DNA of 64,000 nucleotides from Promethearchaeia archaeon (lineage in GTDB: Archaea; Asgardarchaeota; Lokiarchaeia; Sigyniarchaeales; SOKP01): assembly GCA_029856045.1 (NCBI GenBank), contig JAHQWG010000012.1:32001-96000 (forward strand), written 5' to 3'. Every line of letters begins with the position of its first letter. Position 1 is the first letter of the stretch. A program made the translations under genes and the position numbers. Of this stretch, positions 50,743 to 60,281 are shown in pieces. Under the pieces are notes generated by a model that did no database searches, was not told where the DNA came from, and worked only from the letters and a program-made list of their open reading frames with translations.

Positions 50743-51662
50743 TTGAAGTTAATAATAATACAAGTGAAGGAGAAAATAATGAATTAAGTATATCGGAAAA
50801 TAATGAAAAGCATGATTTAATTATTGATTTTACTACAAGTAATGCTATTAGCAGAGTTGATATTAAGTTTTTAGTAATATATATTCCGATTTTTTGGTTT
50901 AGCGGTATATTAGTTGCGATATACTGGTATCAATACACTAAAAATCTCCCTTCAATTCAAGAGAACTGGATTTTCTGGCTTTTTCCGATTTTATATCTGC
51001 CTATTGCCATATTGTCCATGCTTTTCATTTTTATTTTTGGTTGTGTTTTTTTTAGTAAATTATTTTTAATAATTATTAATTTAATTCACAAACCAAGAGA
51101 GGGAGTATTTAGAACGGATTTAGGAGATAAGAATTTTGAGTTTTGGTGTCTTCGAACTAAATTAAAAAAATTAGTTATATGGTTACTGAGAACATGTCCT
51201 CTTCCTTGGATCGATATTATAGCTTTTAGATGGTTTGGAGTAAAAATGGATTTTTCAAGTCATCTTCTAGATTCTTGGTTTGATATTGAATTTATTAAAT
51301 TAGGACGTAAAGTAATGGTTGGACAGGGCTCAGTTGTTATGAGTTCAATGATAGTTGGTAAATATTTAATTATTAAACGAATTATTCTTGATGATTACAC
51401 AATAATAGGAGGAATGGCTTGTGTTTCACCAGGAACAATTACAGGTAAAGATTCACTTTTGGCTGCTATTTCTTCTACGATTTACAATCAAGTGCTTGAA
51501 TCAGAATGGGTTTATTTTGGAATTCCATGCATTAAATTTAAACCAAATAAGTTTACATTTAAAAAAAAAATGACTAAAAGGAGTGTGGATGAGGAGGAAG
51601 CGATTAATGTTGAACAAGAAATTAATATTGAAGATGATAAGAAAGAAAAATATAACTTGTAA
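50733..51662 (+). CDS. Membrane-anchored left-handed beta-helix acyltransferase-like protein 2
   Basis: Frame open from 50727 with a TM helix upstream of track start 51012; KPREG, FGVKM, KLGRKVMVGQG, VYFGIP; ATT start inferred. Confidence 0.78.
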   Translation: MKIIEVNNNTSEGENNELSISENNEKHDLIIDFTTSNAISRVDIKFLVIYIPIFWFSGILVAIYWYQYTKNLPSIQENWIFWLFPILYLPIAILSMLFIFIFGCVFFSKLFLIIINLIHKPREGVFRTDLGDKNFEFWCLRTKLKKLVIWLLRTCPLPWIDIIAFRWFGVKMDFSSHLLDSWFDIEFIKLGRKVMVGQGSVVMSSMIVGKYLIIKRIILDDYTIIGGMACVSPGTITGKDSLLAAISSTIYNQVLESEWVYFGIPCIKFKPNKFTFKKKMTKRSVDEEEAINVEQEINIEDDKKEKYNL

Positions 51663-51678
51663 TTTGAGGGGTTAAAAA

Positions 51679-52593
51679 ATGTCAGTACCTACAAGCATGC
51701 GGGTTGGACCATTTACCCCAACTATTTTAGTTAAAAAGAAATATATAATCTTTTATATATTTCTCATCTGGATTTCAATGATCCCTATTTTATTAGAATT
51801 TTGGTTATATTGGCAATGTTTTTGGGATGCAATAAAACCATTATACTTCTATTTTTTTCTCCCGCTTCTCTGTTTTGTTATGTATATAACTGCAGTATTA
51901 ACATCTGTTCTTTTTGCAAAATTAATATTAGTTATTATAAAGGCAATTCTTAAACCAAAAGAAGGTATTTTTCTTAGAGACGCATCAGATAAAGATTATC
52001 GCTATTGGAGTTTAAGAAATACAGTTAAAAAATGGCCAATTTGGCTTTCACACAAATTTCCGTTTCCATTCCTTGATAATATTTGTTTTAAAGTTTTTGG
52101 AGTTAAAACTAAATTTTCAAATTCGTTGTTCGAGGGATGGGTAGATTGTGAATTCATTGAATTTGGAAAAAATGTAATTATAGGACAAGGAAGCATCATT
52201 CAATCCGCTTGTATTGTTGGAAAGTTGTTAATTATAAAAAAAACAATTATTGAAGATAATGTAAGAATTGGAGCACACGCTATATGTATGCCTGGCACTC
52301 ATATTAGAAAAAATAGTGTGTTAGCAGCAAATTCTGTTGCAACAGTTGGACAAGAACTTGAAGAAGGATGGATTTATGTTGGAGTTCCTGCAACAAAATA
52401 TAAAAAGAATAGATTCTTCGAAGATGGTTTAGAAAATGTACTTGGAGATGTAAAAGATGTTGAAAATTTAAGAAAAACGTATGAGAATTTATATATTAAA
52501 CGTTATGATAAACATCTTACTTATAAAGAGAGAAAAGAACTTAAAGAAGAAAGGAGAGTAGAAGAAAAAATAAGATTGGAGCAGGGTGTATAA
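51679..52593 (+). CDS. Membrane-anchored left-handed beta-helix acyltransferase-like protein 3
   Basis: Two TM, KPKEG, FGVKT, FGKNVIIGQG, IEDNVRIGA, IYVGVPA. Confidence 0.82.
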   Translation: MSVPTSMRVGPFTPTILVKKKYIIFYIFLIWISMIPILLEFWLYWQCFWDAIKPLYFYFFLPLLCFVMYITAVLTSVLFAKLILVIIKAILKPKEGIFLRDASDKDYRYWSLRNTVKKWPIWLSHKFPFPFLDNICFKVFGVKTKFSNSLFEGWVDCEFIEFGKNVIIGQGSIIQSACIVGKLLIIKKTIIEDNVRIGAHAICMPGTHIRKNSVLAANSVATVGQELEEGWIYVGVPATKYKKNRFFEDGLENVLGDVKDVENLRKTYENLYIKRYDKHLTYKERKELKEERRVEEKIRLEQGV

Positions 52594-52833
52594 AAATATT
52601 AGCAGACTTAAAAAAATGATAATAATATCTTATAAAATGTTATCCAATTCTGATATGGAAGTAACTTCACCTTATTAGTCTCTTTAACTTTAAGAGAAAA
52701 AAGAGTTAAAAGATGTTAAAGTCTTAAAAATTTAATTTTTTAAAATTAATAACTTTTTTAAGAGCAAATTATATGATTTATATAGATTTAAATTTATCAG
52801 TTAAATGACAGGATTTTTGAGGAAATAGAGCAC

Positions 52834-53460
52834 TTGAATCAATTAAAATACCAAGTAATTGAAATTCTAATAGAACATGTAAGAATAGTTACAAATAGTA
52901 TGAAAGAGATGCATTTATTTTATAAATTATGGACTGAACCTAGAGATAAAAAAGAAATAAATGAAAAAAAAGAAGAAATAAACCATTTAGAAGAACAGGC
53001 GGATGAATTAAAAGCAAGGATCATAAAAAAATTCGCTGAAGCAGAATCACAAGGATTAAGTACATTATTCGATTTAGTCCTAAAAACTGATGGGATTTTA
53101 AATTATATTAATGAATTTACAGATAGAATATTGTATATTGATAAAAGACTTTCTAAGAACATTAATAAAAGAATTAATTCTATCATAAAAATATCTATAG
53201 ATATGGGAGAAGCATTAACAATTGCAGTTAAAAGCTTATTGGGGCTAAGAGAGAAAGCATTTGATACATCAAAAAAACTACATTTGCTAGAACATGAAAT
53301 AGATTCACAATATAGAGATTTTGAGAATTATTTATACAATTCAACTGATTTAGATGTAATTACTATTTTAAAGGTAAAAGGAGCTGTCCAGAAAATTGAG
53401 GAAATGGCCGATTTAATTGAAAACATTGCAGATTTGATTCGAATCATAGCATATAGTTAA
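52834..53460 (+). CDS. DUF47 / PhoU-like protein
   Basis: LEEQADELK, D.I.N, LEHEIDSQYR, IEEMADLIENIAD. Confidence 0.85.
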   Translation: MNQLKYQVIEILIEHVRIVTNSMKEMHLFYKLWTEPRDKKEINEKKEEINHLEEQADELKARIIKKFAEAESQGLSTLFDLVLKTDGILNYINEFTDRILYIDKRLSKNINKRINSIIKISIDMGEALTIAVKSLLGLREKAFDTSKKLHLLEHEIDSQYRDFENYLYNSTDLDVITILKVKGAVQKIEEMADLIENIADLIRIIAYS

Positions 53461-53504
53461 TAAAAATTAAAACAAAACATTAAATTAAAGAGAATGCAGA
53501 ATAT

Positions 53505-54098
53505 CTAAGGTTTAAACCATTTTAAAATATAATATGTTTTAGTCTGCGGATTTGCTATAATAAAACGTTTCCTCACAGAAGTCGCTAATCTTCCTGCTCT
53601 AACCATCTCAATTGCTGAAATATTGGAATCACTTCGCAATACTTGAATAATAAATGGGGAATGCTCAAGACCAGGTCCTTTCTTGTAAACTGCAAAATCG
53701 GCTCCAAATTTTAATGCGGGTCGAACAACATATCCCTTGTCTCTTAAATCCTTATAGATATTGTACTTATCTTCAAACAGATTATGTTTATTTTTAGCAA
53801 ACTCAAAAAATTCTTCTGAAGTGAGGTTTTTATCAGATTCTACATCAAATATGCTGATCCTTCCAGATTCCAGCAAATATTGTGCTTCAATTAATGATAA
53901 TTCAGTAGGTTTTGAATAATATTCCAATCTAGGTTTATTTATACCCAATGGGCTTCCATAAAAATTATTCACATATAGATAAGAACCGTATAGCGGATTA
54001 AAGATAATTACCCTTGAATTGATTAATTTCGCAGGGATAACCTCTGGAATATCTTCTTCTTTGATTTCATCAAGTGAAATTGCGTTTTCTTTTACCAT
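53505..54098 (-). CDS. endA: tRNA-intron endonuclease (catalytic subunit)
   Basis: LSLIEA.YL, YKDLRDKGY, LKFGADFAVY, EHS, SVRK (Tyr/His/Lys triad present). Confidence 0.93.
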   Translation of the reverse strand: MVKENAISLDEIKEEDIPEVIPAKLINSRVIIFNPLYGSYLYVNNFYGSPLGINKPRLEYYSKPTELSLIEAQYLLESGRISIFDVESDKNLTSEEFFEFAKNKHNLFEDKYNIYKDLRDKGYVVRPALKFGADFAVYKKGPGLEHSPFIIQVLRSDSNISAIEMVRAGRLATSVRKRFIIANPQTKTYYILKWFKP

Positions 54099-54311
54099 AT
54101 CTAAACATAAATCTGATTATTTGATTTATTTTAAGAGTTTATTTATACTAATATTTTTCGATCTTATTGAGTAAAGTTAGCAAATTTTTTTCTGAAGAAG
54201 TAAAATTAGATAGAATATAAATGATATCCTATTTAAATAAAATAAATAATGTTTAAAATGTAGATTTACGTTTTTATAATCATTATAAAACACAAAATTC
54301 TAAATTTAATA

Positions 54312-55223
54312 GTGAAAAATATGGTATTAAAACGGAAGAGTTGTGTTGCAGGCTCTTTTTATCCTCGCTATAAGCCAGATTTGATATCAATTATTGAAGA
54401 ATCTTTTTTAGATAAAAACTTTGGTGTAGGAAAACCTTTTAAATGTGAAAATCTAGAGAATAGAACAATTTATGGGGGAATATCTCCGCATGCTGGATAT
54501 GTTTATTCAGCTGCTTGTGCATCTTTTACATTTTTTAATTTGTTTAAGGAGAAAATTCCTGATACTGTTATTGTTTTAGGCACAACCCATACAGGCTATA
54601 GTGAGATTGCTTTATTGGAAGAAGGTTTTTGGGAAACTCCCTTGGGTGATATTGAGATCGATTCGGAATTAGGGAAAAAGATTGCAGAGAATAGCAATAC
54701 GATAAAAATCGACCAATCGGCATATCTTGGGTTCCCACATAGTCGTGAGCATAACATTGAAGTCCAATTACCATTTATTGTTTACTGTTCGGCTAATAAA
54801 TCAAAATTAGTTCCCATTACAATAGGCTCTATGAATTTTAAAGTATTAAACGAGATTGCAATTGATATTGCAACAGTTATTAAGTCAGAAAACAAAGATA
54901 TCGTTGTAATTGCTTCTTCTGACATGACTCATAAGCAACCCAGGAATATAATGAACCCAAAAGAAGATTTAGAGGAAATGAGAATCGTTGATCAAAAAGT
55001 TATAGATAGTTTTAATGAAAACAACCCTGAAAAGGTCTTTAATAACGCTAGAGCAACAACAGTGTGCGGACCTCAAACAATAACTACTTTAATGCTAATC
55101 TGTAATAATTTAGATGTAAAAACTCCTGAAGTATTAAAATATTACACAAGTTATGCCAAGGGAGGTGGAACTGGACCATGCGAGTATTGTGTAGGGTATT
55201 TTTCAGGGATTATGAAAATATAA
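54312..55223 (+). CDS. MEMO1 family protein (AmmeMemoRadiSam protein B)
   Basis: VAGSFYP, PHAGYVYS, WETPLG, EH.IEVQLPF, ASSDMTH, CG, VGY. Confidence 0.93.
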   Translation: MKNMVLKRKSCVAGSFYPRYKPDLISIIEESFLDKNFGVGKPFKCENLENRTIYGGISPHAGYVYSAACASFTFFNLFKEKIPDTVIVLGTTHTGYSEIALLEEGFWETPLGDIEIDSELGKKIAENSNTIKIDQSAYLGFPHSREHNIEVQLPFIVYCSANKSKLVPITIGSMNFKVLNEIAIDIATVIKSENKDIVVIASSDMTHKQPRNIMNPKEDLEEMRIVDQKVIDSFNENNPEKVFNNARATTVCGPQTITTLMLICNNLDVKTPEVLKYYTSYAKGGGTGPCEYCVGYFSGIMKI

Positions 55224-55244
55224 TTGAATCTAAACATAATTACA

Positions 55245-55820
55245 ATGCTAGTTATAGACGAAGAATCAATAAAAAAAGCTAGAATTACTCTCGTTCTAAT
55301 TACAATCAATTTAATGGCTTATTTTATAATAAATGTTGGACTTGGAGAAGATTATGTGATATTACTCTCTCAAATCAATGTTAATATTTATAATGGGGAA
55401 GTTTATCGACTTTTTACAGCAATGTTTTTACATGCTGATTTATTGCATCTATTTAATAATATGGTTTTTCTATTTCTTTTTGGTATTGGAATAGAATCAA
55501 ATTATCGAAGAATTGAATATATTGTGATTTACTTCATGTCCGGTTTTATTGGAAACCTATTTAGTTTATTTCTCTTACCTTTAAATGTCATTAGTTTAGG
55601 TGCATCTGGTTGTGTTTTTGGTCTAATTGGTGCTGCAATAATGAGTTATATAAGATATGATAGAAGTGCAATACTGTTTGGAGCAATCTATTTAATATTT
55701 TTTTTATTTCAATCAATAGGACCTGAGATTAATATTTGGGCACATTTATTTGGAGGTTTAGTAGGACTTTTTCTAGGATATCTGATTAATAGAAATAAAA
55801 ATGTTGAAAATATATACTAA
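55245..55820 (+). CDS. Rhomboid intramembrane serine protease
   Basis: YRLFTAMFLH...HL..NM, GASG, AHLFGG. Confidence 0.93.
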   Translation: MLVIDEESIKKARITLVLITINLMAYFIINVGLGEDYVILLSQINVNIYNGEVYRLFTAMFLHADLLHLFNNMVFLFLFGIGIESNYRRIEYIVIYFMSGFIGNLFSLFLLPLNVISLGASGCVFGLIGAAIMSYIRYDRSAILFGAIYLIFFLFQSIGPEINIWAHLFGGLVGLFLGYLINRNKNVENIY

Positions 55821-55863
55821 AAATTAAACTTTTTTTAAAATAAAAAACTATTTTATAATTATT

Positions 55864-56790
55864 ATGGCAGAAAAAGATATACGTGTTGCCGGGATTATTG
55901 ACAAATTAACTGAAATAACCACTGAATATAACCAACTTACTAAAGAAAACGAAGAATTAAAACAAAAAATAATGAAGAATGTTGAACTTCTATCTGAGGC
56001 AGAGATTGTAATTAAAAATTTAAAAGAACAAGTAGCAATTTTTAAAAATCAAAAGAAAAGTGATATCCCTCAATTGCCACCACAAGTAAATGAGTTAAGA
56101 AGAGAATTGGTAGAAAAAGAAAATGCATTAAAAAATGCACACAATATTATAAAGGAAAAAGAAAATGAAATTTCTATTATGAAACTAAAGGTCAGTACTT
56201 CAGTCTTAAGCGATCAATCACAATTAAATAATTTTAGACAAGAATTACTCGAAAAGAATAGCCAAATATCAGAGCTTTCTAATCTTAATAATGAATTAAA
56301 GAGTCAAATTAAAAGATTGGAGACTGCCAAGATTATTACGGAAGCACCAACCCCTGCAGCTGAAACATCTGCTTCTTTAAATGTTTTAGTCGAAGATTTA
56401 CAAGATAAATTGAATAAAAGTAAACGGCATGCAGAGAAACTTGAAGTAGAGTTTAGAAATTTAAAGTCCATTCAAGGACAAGGAGCAGCCTTAGAACGAA
56501 TTACAGAACTTGAAAATAAAAATGAGAGATTATTACAAAAATTAAAGGAATTAGAGTCTATTCAATTAACTTCAGAAGATCCAAATAAAATTATACAACT
56601 TGAAGAACAATTAAAAGAAAAGGCAACAATTATTATGGAACTTGAGTCAAAACAAACCGAAGCTTCCACTACTGTTAGTTCAGGAGTTGGAGCTCCTGCC
56701 GGATTAATCGAGGATTTACAAATAAAGATTAATAAATTAAAATCTGAAGTTAAAAAGAAAGATGAAATGATTTCTAAATTAAGATCATAA
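55864..56790 (+). CDS. Hypothetical long coiled-coil protein
   Basis: Heptad pattern throughout; repeated L(V/I)EDLQ.K(L/I)NK motif. Confidence 0.75.
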   Translation: MAEKDIRVAGIIDKLTEITTEYNQLTKENEELKQKIMKNVELLSEAEIVIKNLKEQVAIFKNQKKSDIPQLPPQVNELRRELVEKENALKNAHNIIKEKENEISIMKLKVSTSVLSDQSQLNNFRQELLEKNSQISELSNLNNELKSQIKRLETAKIITEAPTPAAETSASLNVLVEDLQDKLNKSKRHAEKLEVEFRNLKSIQGQGAALERITELENKNERLLQKLKELESIQLTSEDPNKIIQLEEQLKEKATIIMELESKQTEASTTVSSGVGAPAGLIEDLQIKINKLKSEVKKKDEMISKLRS

Positions 56791-56838
56791 AAGATATTAA
56801 TTATTTTTAAAAAATTTCTTAATTATTTTGATGAGTTA

Positions 56839-57822
56839 ATGAATAATTCAAAAAAAATTGCCTTAAAGGAAAAACTCACATTCATTTTTTGCGGGCATTT
56901 TGCATTAGATAAAATTTTTAGATTCAATCAGGATAGCATGGAAACCGTTGGAGGTGGGGTAACATATGGATCACTCGCTTTAGATACATATACTAGTGAT
57001 GTTTGGATTGGAATAGTTTCAAATTTAGGAAGTTTAAATTTCAAAAAGGAATTTCTGGGAGAATTTCTCGAAAGAAATATTAATTTAGATGGCATAACGT
57101 GGAGCCATTCCAAAAATACAAGTTTTGTTTTAAATTATTTTAATCATAGCAGAAAATTAACCTTAGTTTCTAAAAGTCCTAACCTCAATTTTAGAAATTT
57201 TCCATTAAATTATATTTCGAAAAATCCAGATGCTATTCTTTTATGCACATTATGTAATGAAATAGATATTGAATATATAGAAGATTTGGTAAAAAATTTA
57301 AAAAATAGTTATATTGCCATCGATCTCCAAGGATTTATCAGAAAAATTGATAATTCTGGGCAAATATCATTAAGATATGATAAAAATTTCAACAAAAAGA
57401 TCTCATATATAAGTGATTTAATTAATGAAAATCTTATTTTAAAAGGTTCCCAGGAAGAGATGAGCACACTTTCTGGAATAAAAAACCCCATTAAATCAAT
57501 CAAAAAATTAACAATGAATGATTCGTTAATAATTACAACTCTTGGGGAAAAAGGTTCATTAATTGCAAGGAAAGGAGAGAAAATAATTAAAATCCCTGCA
57601 TTTAGTCCTAATGTTGTTGTAGATGAAACGGGTGCTGGAGATGTCTATATGTCTGTTTTTATGTATGAATTTTTAAAATCCTCAAAAGATTGGGAATCAA
57701 TAAAAAATGCTGGTTATTTTGCTTCTGCTGCCTCTTCTTTTTTAGTTGAAATGAAAGGCCCAAAAGGTTTTAAACTTAAAGAAAAGGTGATCAAACGAAT
57801 AAAAAATAAAAATTATATATAA
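56839..57822 (+). CDS. PfkB family carbohydrate/nucleoside kinase
   Basis: VGGG, DLQG, TTLGEKG, DETGAGD. Confidence 0.9.
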   Translation: MNNSKKIALKEKLTFIFCGHFALDKIFRFNQDSMETVGGGVTYGSLALDTYTSDVWIGIVSNLGSLNFKKEFLGEFLERNINLDGITWSHSKNTSFVLNYFNHSRKLTLVSKSPNLNFRNFPLNYISKNPDAILLCTLCNEIDIEYIEDLVKNLKNSYIAIDLQGFIRKIDNSGQISLRYDKNFNKKISYISDLINENLILKGSQEEMSTLSGIKNPIKSIKKLTMNDSLIITTLGEKGSLIARKGEKIIKIPAFSPNVVVDETGAGDVYMSVFMYEFLKSSKDWESIKNAGYFASAASSFLVEMKGPKGFKLKEKVIKRIKNKNYI

Positions 57823-57881
57823 TTGAAAACTAAAATCAATTTAATAAAAAACATAAAACGATTTTTTTTAATGGAAAAGTT

Positions 57882-58469
57882 ATGCATATAAATGTACATT
57901 ATGCCATTGGAGTAATAGTCGCCTCGATTAGCCAATTCTTTCTTAAGATTAATTTATTTGAATTTTTTATGATTATTTTTTGTTCATTTATTATAGATTT
58001 CGATGTTTTTTTTTCCAAATATGCAAAAGATCATAACCATAGGAATCTTATTACACATTCTATTTGGCCCGGGAGTGTTTTACTAATATTTGGAATCATT
58101 TTTTTAAATCTTTTATTAATATTATGCGGAATTACTCTCTTAATTCATGTTTTCTCTGATACATTTGATTGGGGTACAAATTTATTCTATACTGGAAAAA
58201 CAATTGGGTTAAAATTATTAATTACTTCAGAAGAAATGAAAAATATGGATGAAATTCTTTCAAAATATAAAGTGGCGCATTCCTTCTTTGTTTTTAGATA
58301 TTATAATAATAAATTCTGTAAAATTTTAGAAATTCTTGTTTTTATTTTAATGATTTTATTAAATATTTTTCTTGCAAGTGAATTTTGGTATTTCTTTATT
58401 ATCTATTTCTTCTTTTTAAGCATGCAAATGTATGAATATAAGAAATTGAAAAAAATTGAGAATTCTTAA
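57882..58469 (+). CDS. Membrane-bound metal-dependent hydrolase (YdjM-like)
   Basis: N-terminal H, DFD, HRNLITHS, HVFSD, TM segments. Confidence 0.75.
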   Translation: MHINVHYAIGVIVASISQFFLKINLFEFFMIIFCSFIIDFDVFFSKYAKDHNHRNLITHSIWPGSVLLIFGIIFLNLLLILCGITLLIHVFSDTFDWGTNLFYTGKTIGLKLLITSEEMKNMDEILSKYKVAHSFFVFRYYNNKFCKILEILVFILMILLNIFLASEFWYFFIIYFFFLSMQMYEYKKLKKIENS

Positions 58470-58571
58470 AGTATTTTATAATGAAAAAAAAGCTTTTAAT
58501 TAAAAAAGAAAAAATATAAAATAAAGAAATCACATTAGTAATTAATTTAGAACAACAATGGATGAAAAAAT

Positions 58572-58907
58572 ATGATTAAAACAATTGAAGACTGTCAAAA
58601 GTTTGTTGATGTTTACAATACTATTTTTAATGAGGGAAAAAATGAATTTCTATATAAGATTCAATTAGGGGATAGTCGAACCATTGTAAGAACGTTTAAA
58701 ATGAGAAAGTTTAAGATAACTTTGAACGAAGAGAAAAAAATCAATGTATTATTGAAGGGGGAAAATAAATTTATTGCAGAAGAAGGAGCTCCATATTGTC
58801 CGTGTAAACTCCAACATATTGATCAAAATATATGCCCATGTGAAGAATGTTTAGATGAAGCTGAAGAACTTGGGCATTGCCATTGTCTAATGTATGTTAA
58901 AGTATAA
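58572..58907 (+). CDS. Ferredoxin:thioredoxin reductase catalytic-chain-like protein
   Basis: YCPC...ICPC...GHCHC motifs. Confidence 0.88.
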   Translation: MIKTIEDCQKFVDVYNTIFNEGKNEFLYKIQLGDSRTIVRTFKMRKFKITLNEEKKINVLLKGENKFIAEEGAPYCPCKLQHIDQNICPCEECLDEAEELGHCHCLMYVKV

Positions 58908-58914
58908 ACTCGTT

Positions 58915-59640
58915 TCAAGAAAACTTATATTTTTTTCCAACGATACCAACAAAGCATTTATCTCCAAACTGTCTTTTAAAATTTAGAGCATTCATTGTGC
59001 AATGGCATAAAATAACTGATTTTAACATAGGATTTAACTGTTTTGCTTCCTCATTACTAAATTTGAACCCATGCATACCACCAATTATATGTAAAGGTGT
59101 GTTGAGGCGTATGCCTAAATTGGTTCTTTCTTTTAAAATTGCACTCAATCCTGGATGACAACAACCACACAGTAGGATATAACTCTCATTAATTTTTATA
59201 AATAATGCCTGTTCGTGTATTCCTCCATAATCTGAAGACCATAAAGAATTCGTTAAAAAGAGACCTGGAGATATTTCGCTTATTTCTCTTCCCTTTTCGA
59301 TAATTACTTGATTTTTTTTTGGAACGGTAATACCTTTATAGCTTTCTTGAGCGTCCCAATCTCTGTGAACATAAACAAAAATATTTTCATTTTTTTTTAA
59401 GATTCCTGGCAAGCCATCCGTGTGATCATAATGATTATGACTTAAGATTACAGCATCCAAGGAGGAGGGAGAGACCTCCAAAGTTTTGAAATTAAGTAAA
59501 AGTGGTTCGATCTTTGTGCCTGTGTCAAATAATATTTTTTTATTATTAATTTCAATTAAAGCAGAAAAGCCATAGGATTTTATGAAACCATGTTCCACTC
59601 CATTAAAATCATCTATTAATATCGTAATATTAACAAACAT
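58915..59640 (-). CDS. MBL-fold metallohydrolase (methanopterin dihydropteroate-synthase-analogue family)
   Basis: GFS.LIE, LFDTG, LSHNHYDH.DG, GCCHPG, IGGMH, HCT. Confidence 0.85.
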   Translation of the reverse strand: MFVNITILIDDFNGVEHGFIKSYGFSALIEINNKKILFDTGTKIEPLLLNFKTLEVSPSSLDAVILSHNHYDHTDGLPGILKKNENIFVYVHRDWDAQESYKGITVPKKNQVIIEKGREISEISPGLFLTNSLWSSDYGGIHEQALFIKINESYILLCGCCHPGLSAILKERTNLGIRLNTPLHIIGGMHGFKFSNEEAKQLNPMLKSVILCHCTMNALNFKRQFGDKCFVGIVGKKYKFS

Positions 59641-59837
59641 AGCCTTATTATTTCTAATTATTATCCCTTTATATTCTCTTCTAATTTAAATTAGATATTC
59701 CTCTTGTACAAATTGTAATATTAAAAAAAGTTTATAAAAATCTCAAGAAAGTAAAAATTTATTATCCTTAGATTCTTTTAAAAAATAATTCTCTTAGAAT
59801 TAAAGTATTTAATATAATTAAAAATTTGGTTTTAAAA

Positions 59838-60104
59838 TTGGTAAAAGGAACAGTTAAATGGTTTAATAGCCGAAAAGGCTTTGGATTTATAAACTCTGAA
59901 GAGGGGAACGATGTATTTGTTCATTACTCAGCATTATCTGGGGAAGGGGATGAATATAAAACGCTAAACGAAAATGACAAAGTTGAGTTCGATGTTGTTC
60001 AAGGTGAAAAAGGACCACAAGCTTCAAACGTTGTTGTTACAGAAAAAGCTCCTCGACAATTCAATTCATACAATAAAGGCGGCAAACGAAATTATCGCTA
60101 TTAA
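59838..60104 (+). CDS. cspA: Cold-shock domain protein (second copy)
   Basis: GTVKWFN, KGFGFI, DVFVHYS, KGPQA; TTG 59838 aligns with ATG of copy 1. Confidence 0.95.
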   Translation: MVKGTVKWFNSRKGFGFINSEEGNDVFVHYSALSGEGDEYKTLNENDKVEFDVVQGEKGPQASNVVVTEKAPRQFNSYNKGGKRNYRY

Positions 60105-60281
60105 TTTTATGAATTAAAATAAATCTCTAAAAAGTAATAATAAAAAATTAAGTAGTAAATAATAATAAGTAAAAATCTCTTTTTACGATTGTTATCGAAC
60201 CTTATCTTTTTTTTTAATTAATTTTGGTATTTAATCGGATTAAATAGAACTGATTATGAAAAAGATTAGTTTTATTTATTT

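Noticed and set aside
52600-52730. Possible structured RNA or leader peptide before the DUF47 gene
   Set aside because: Only a weak AT-rich hairpin and 20-codon ORFs with no recognisable motif
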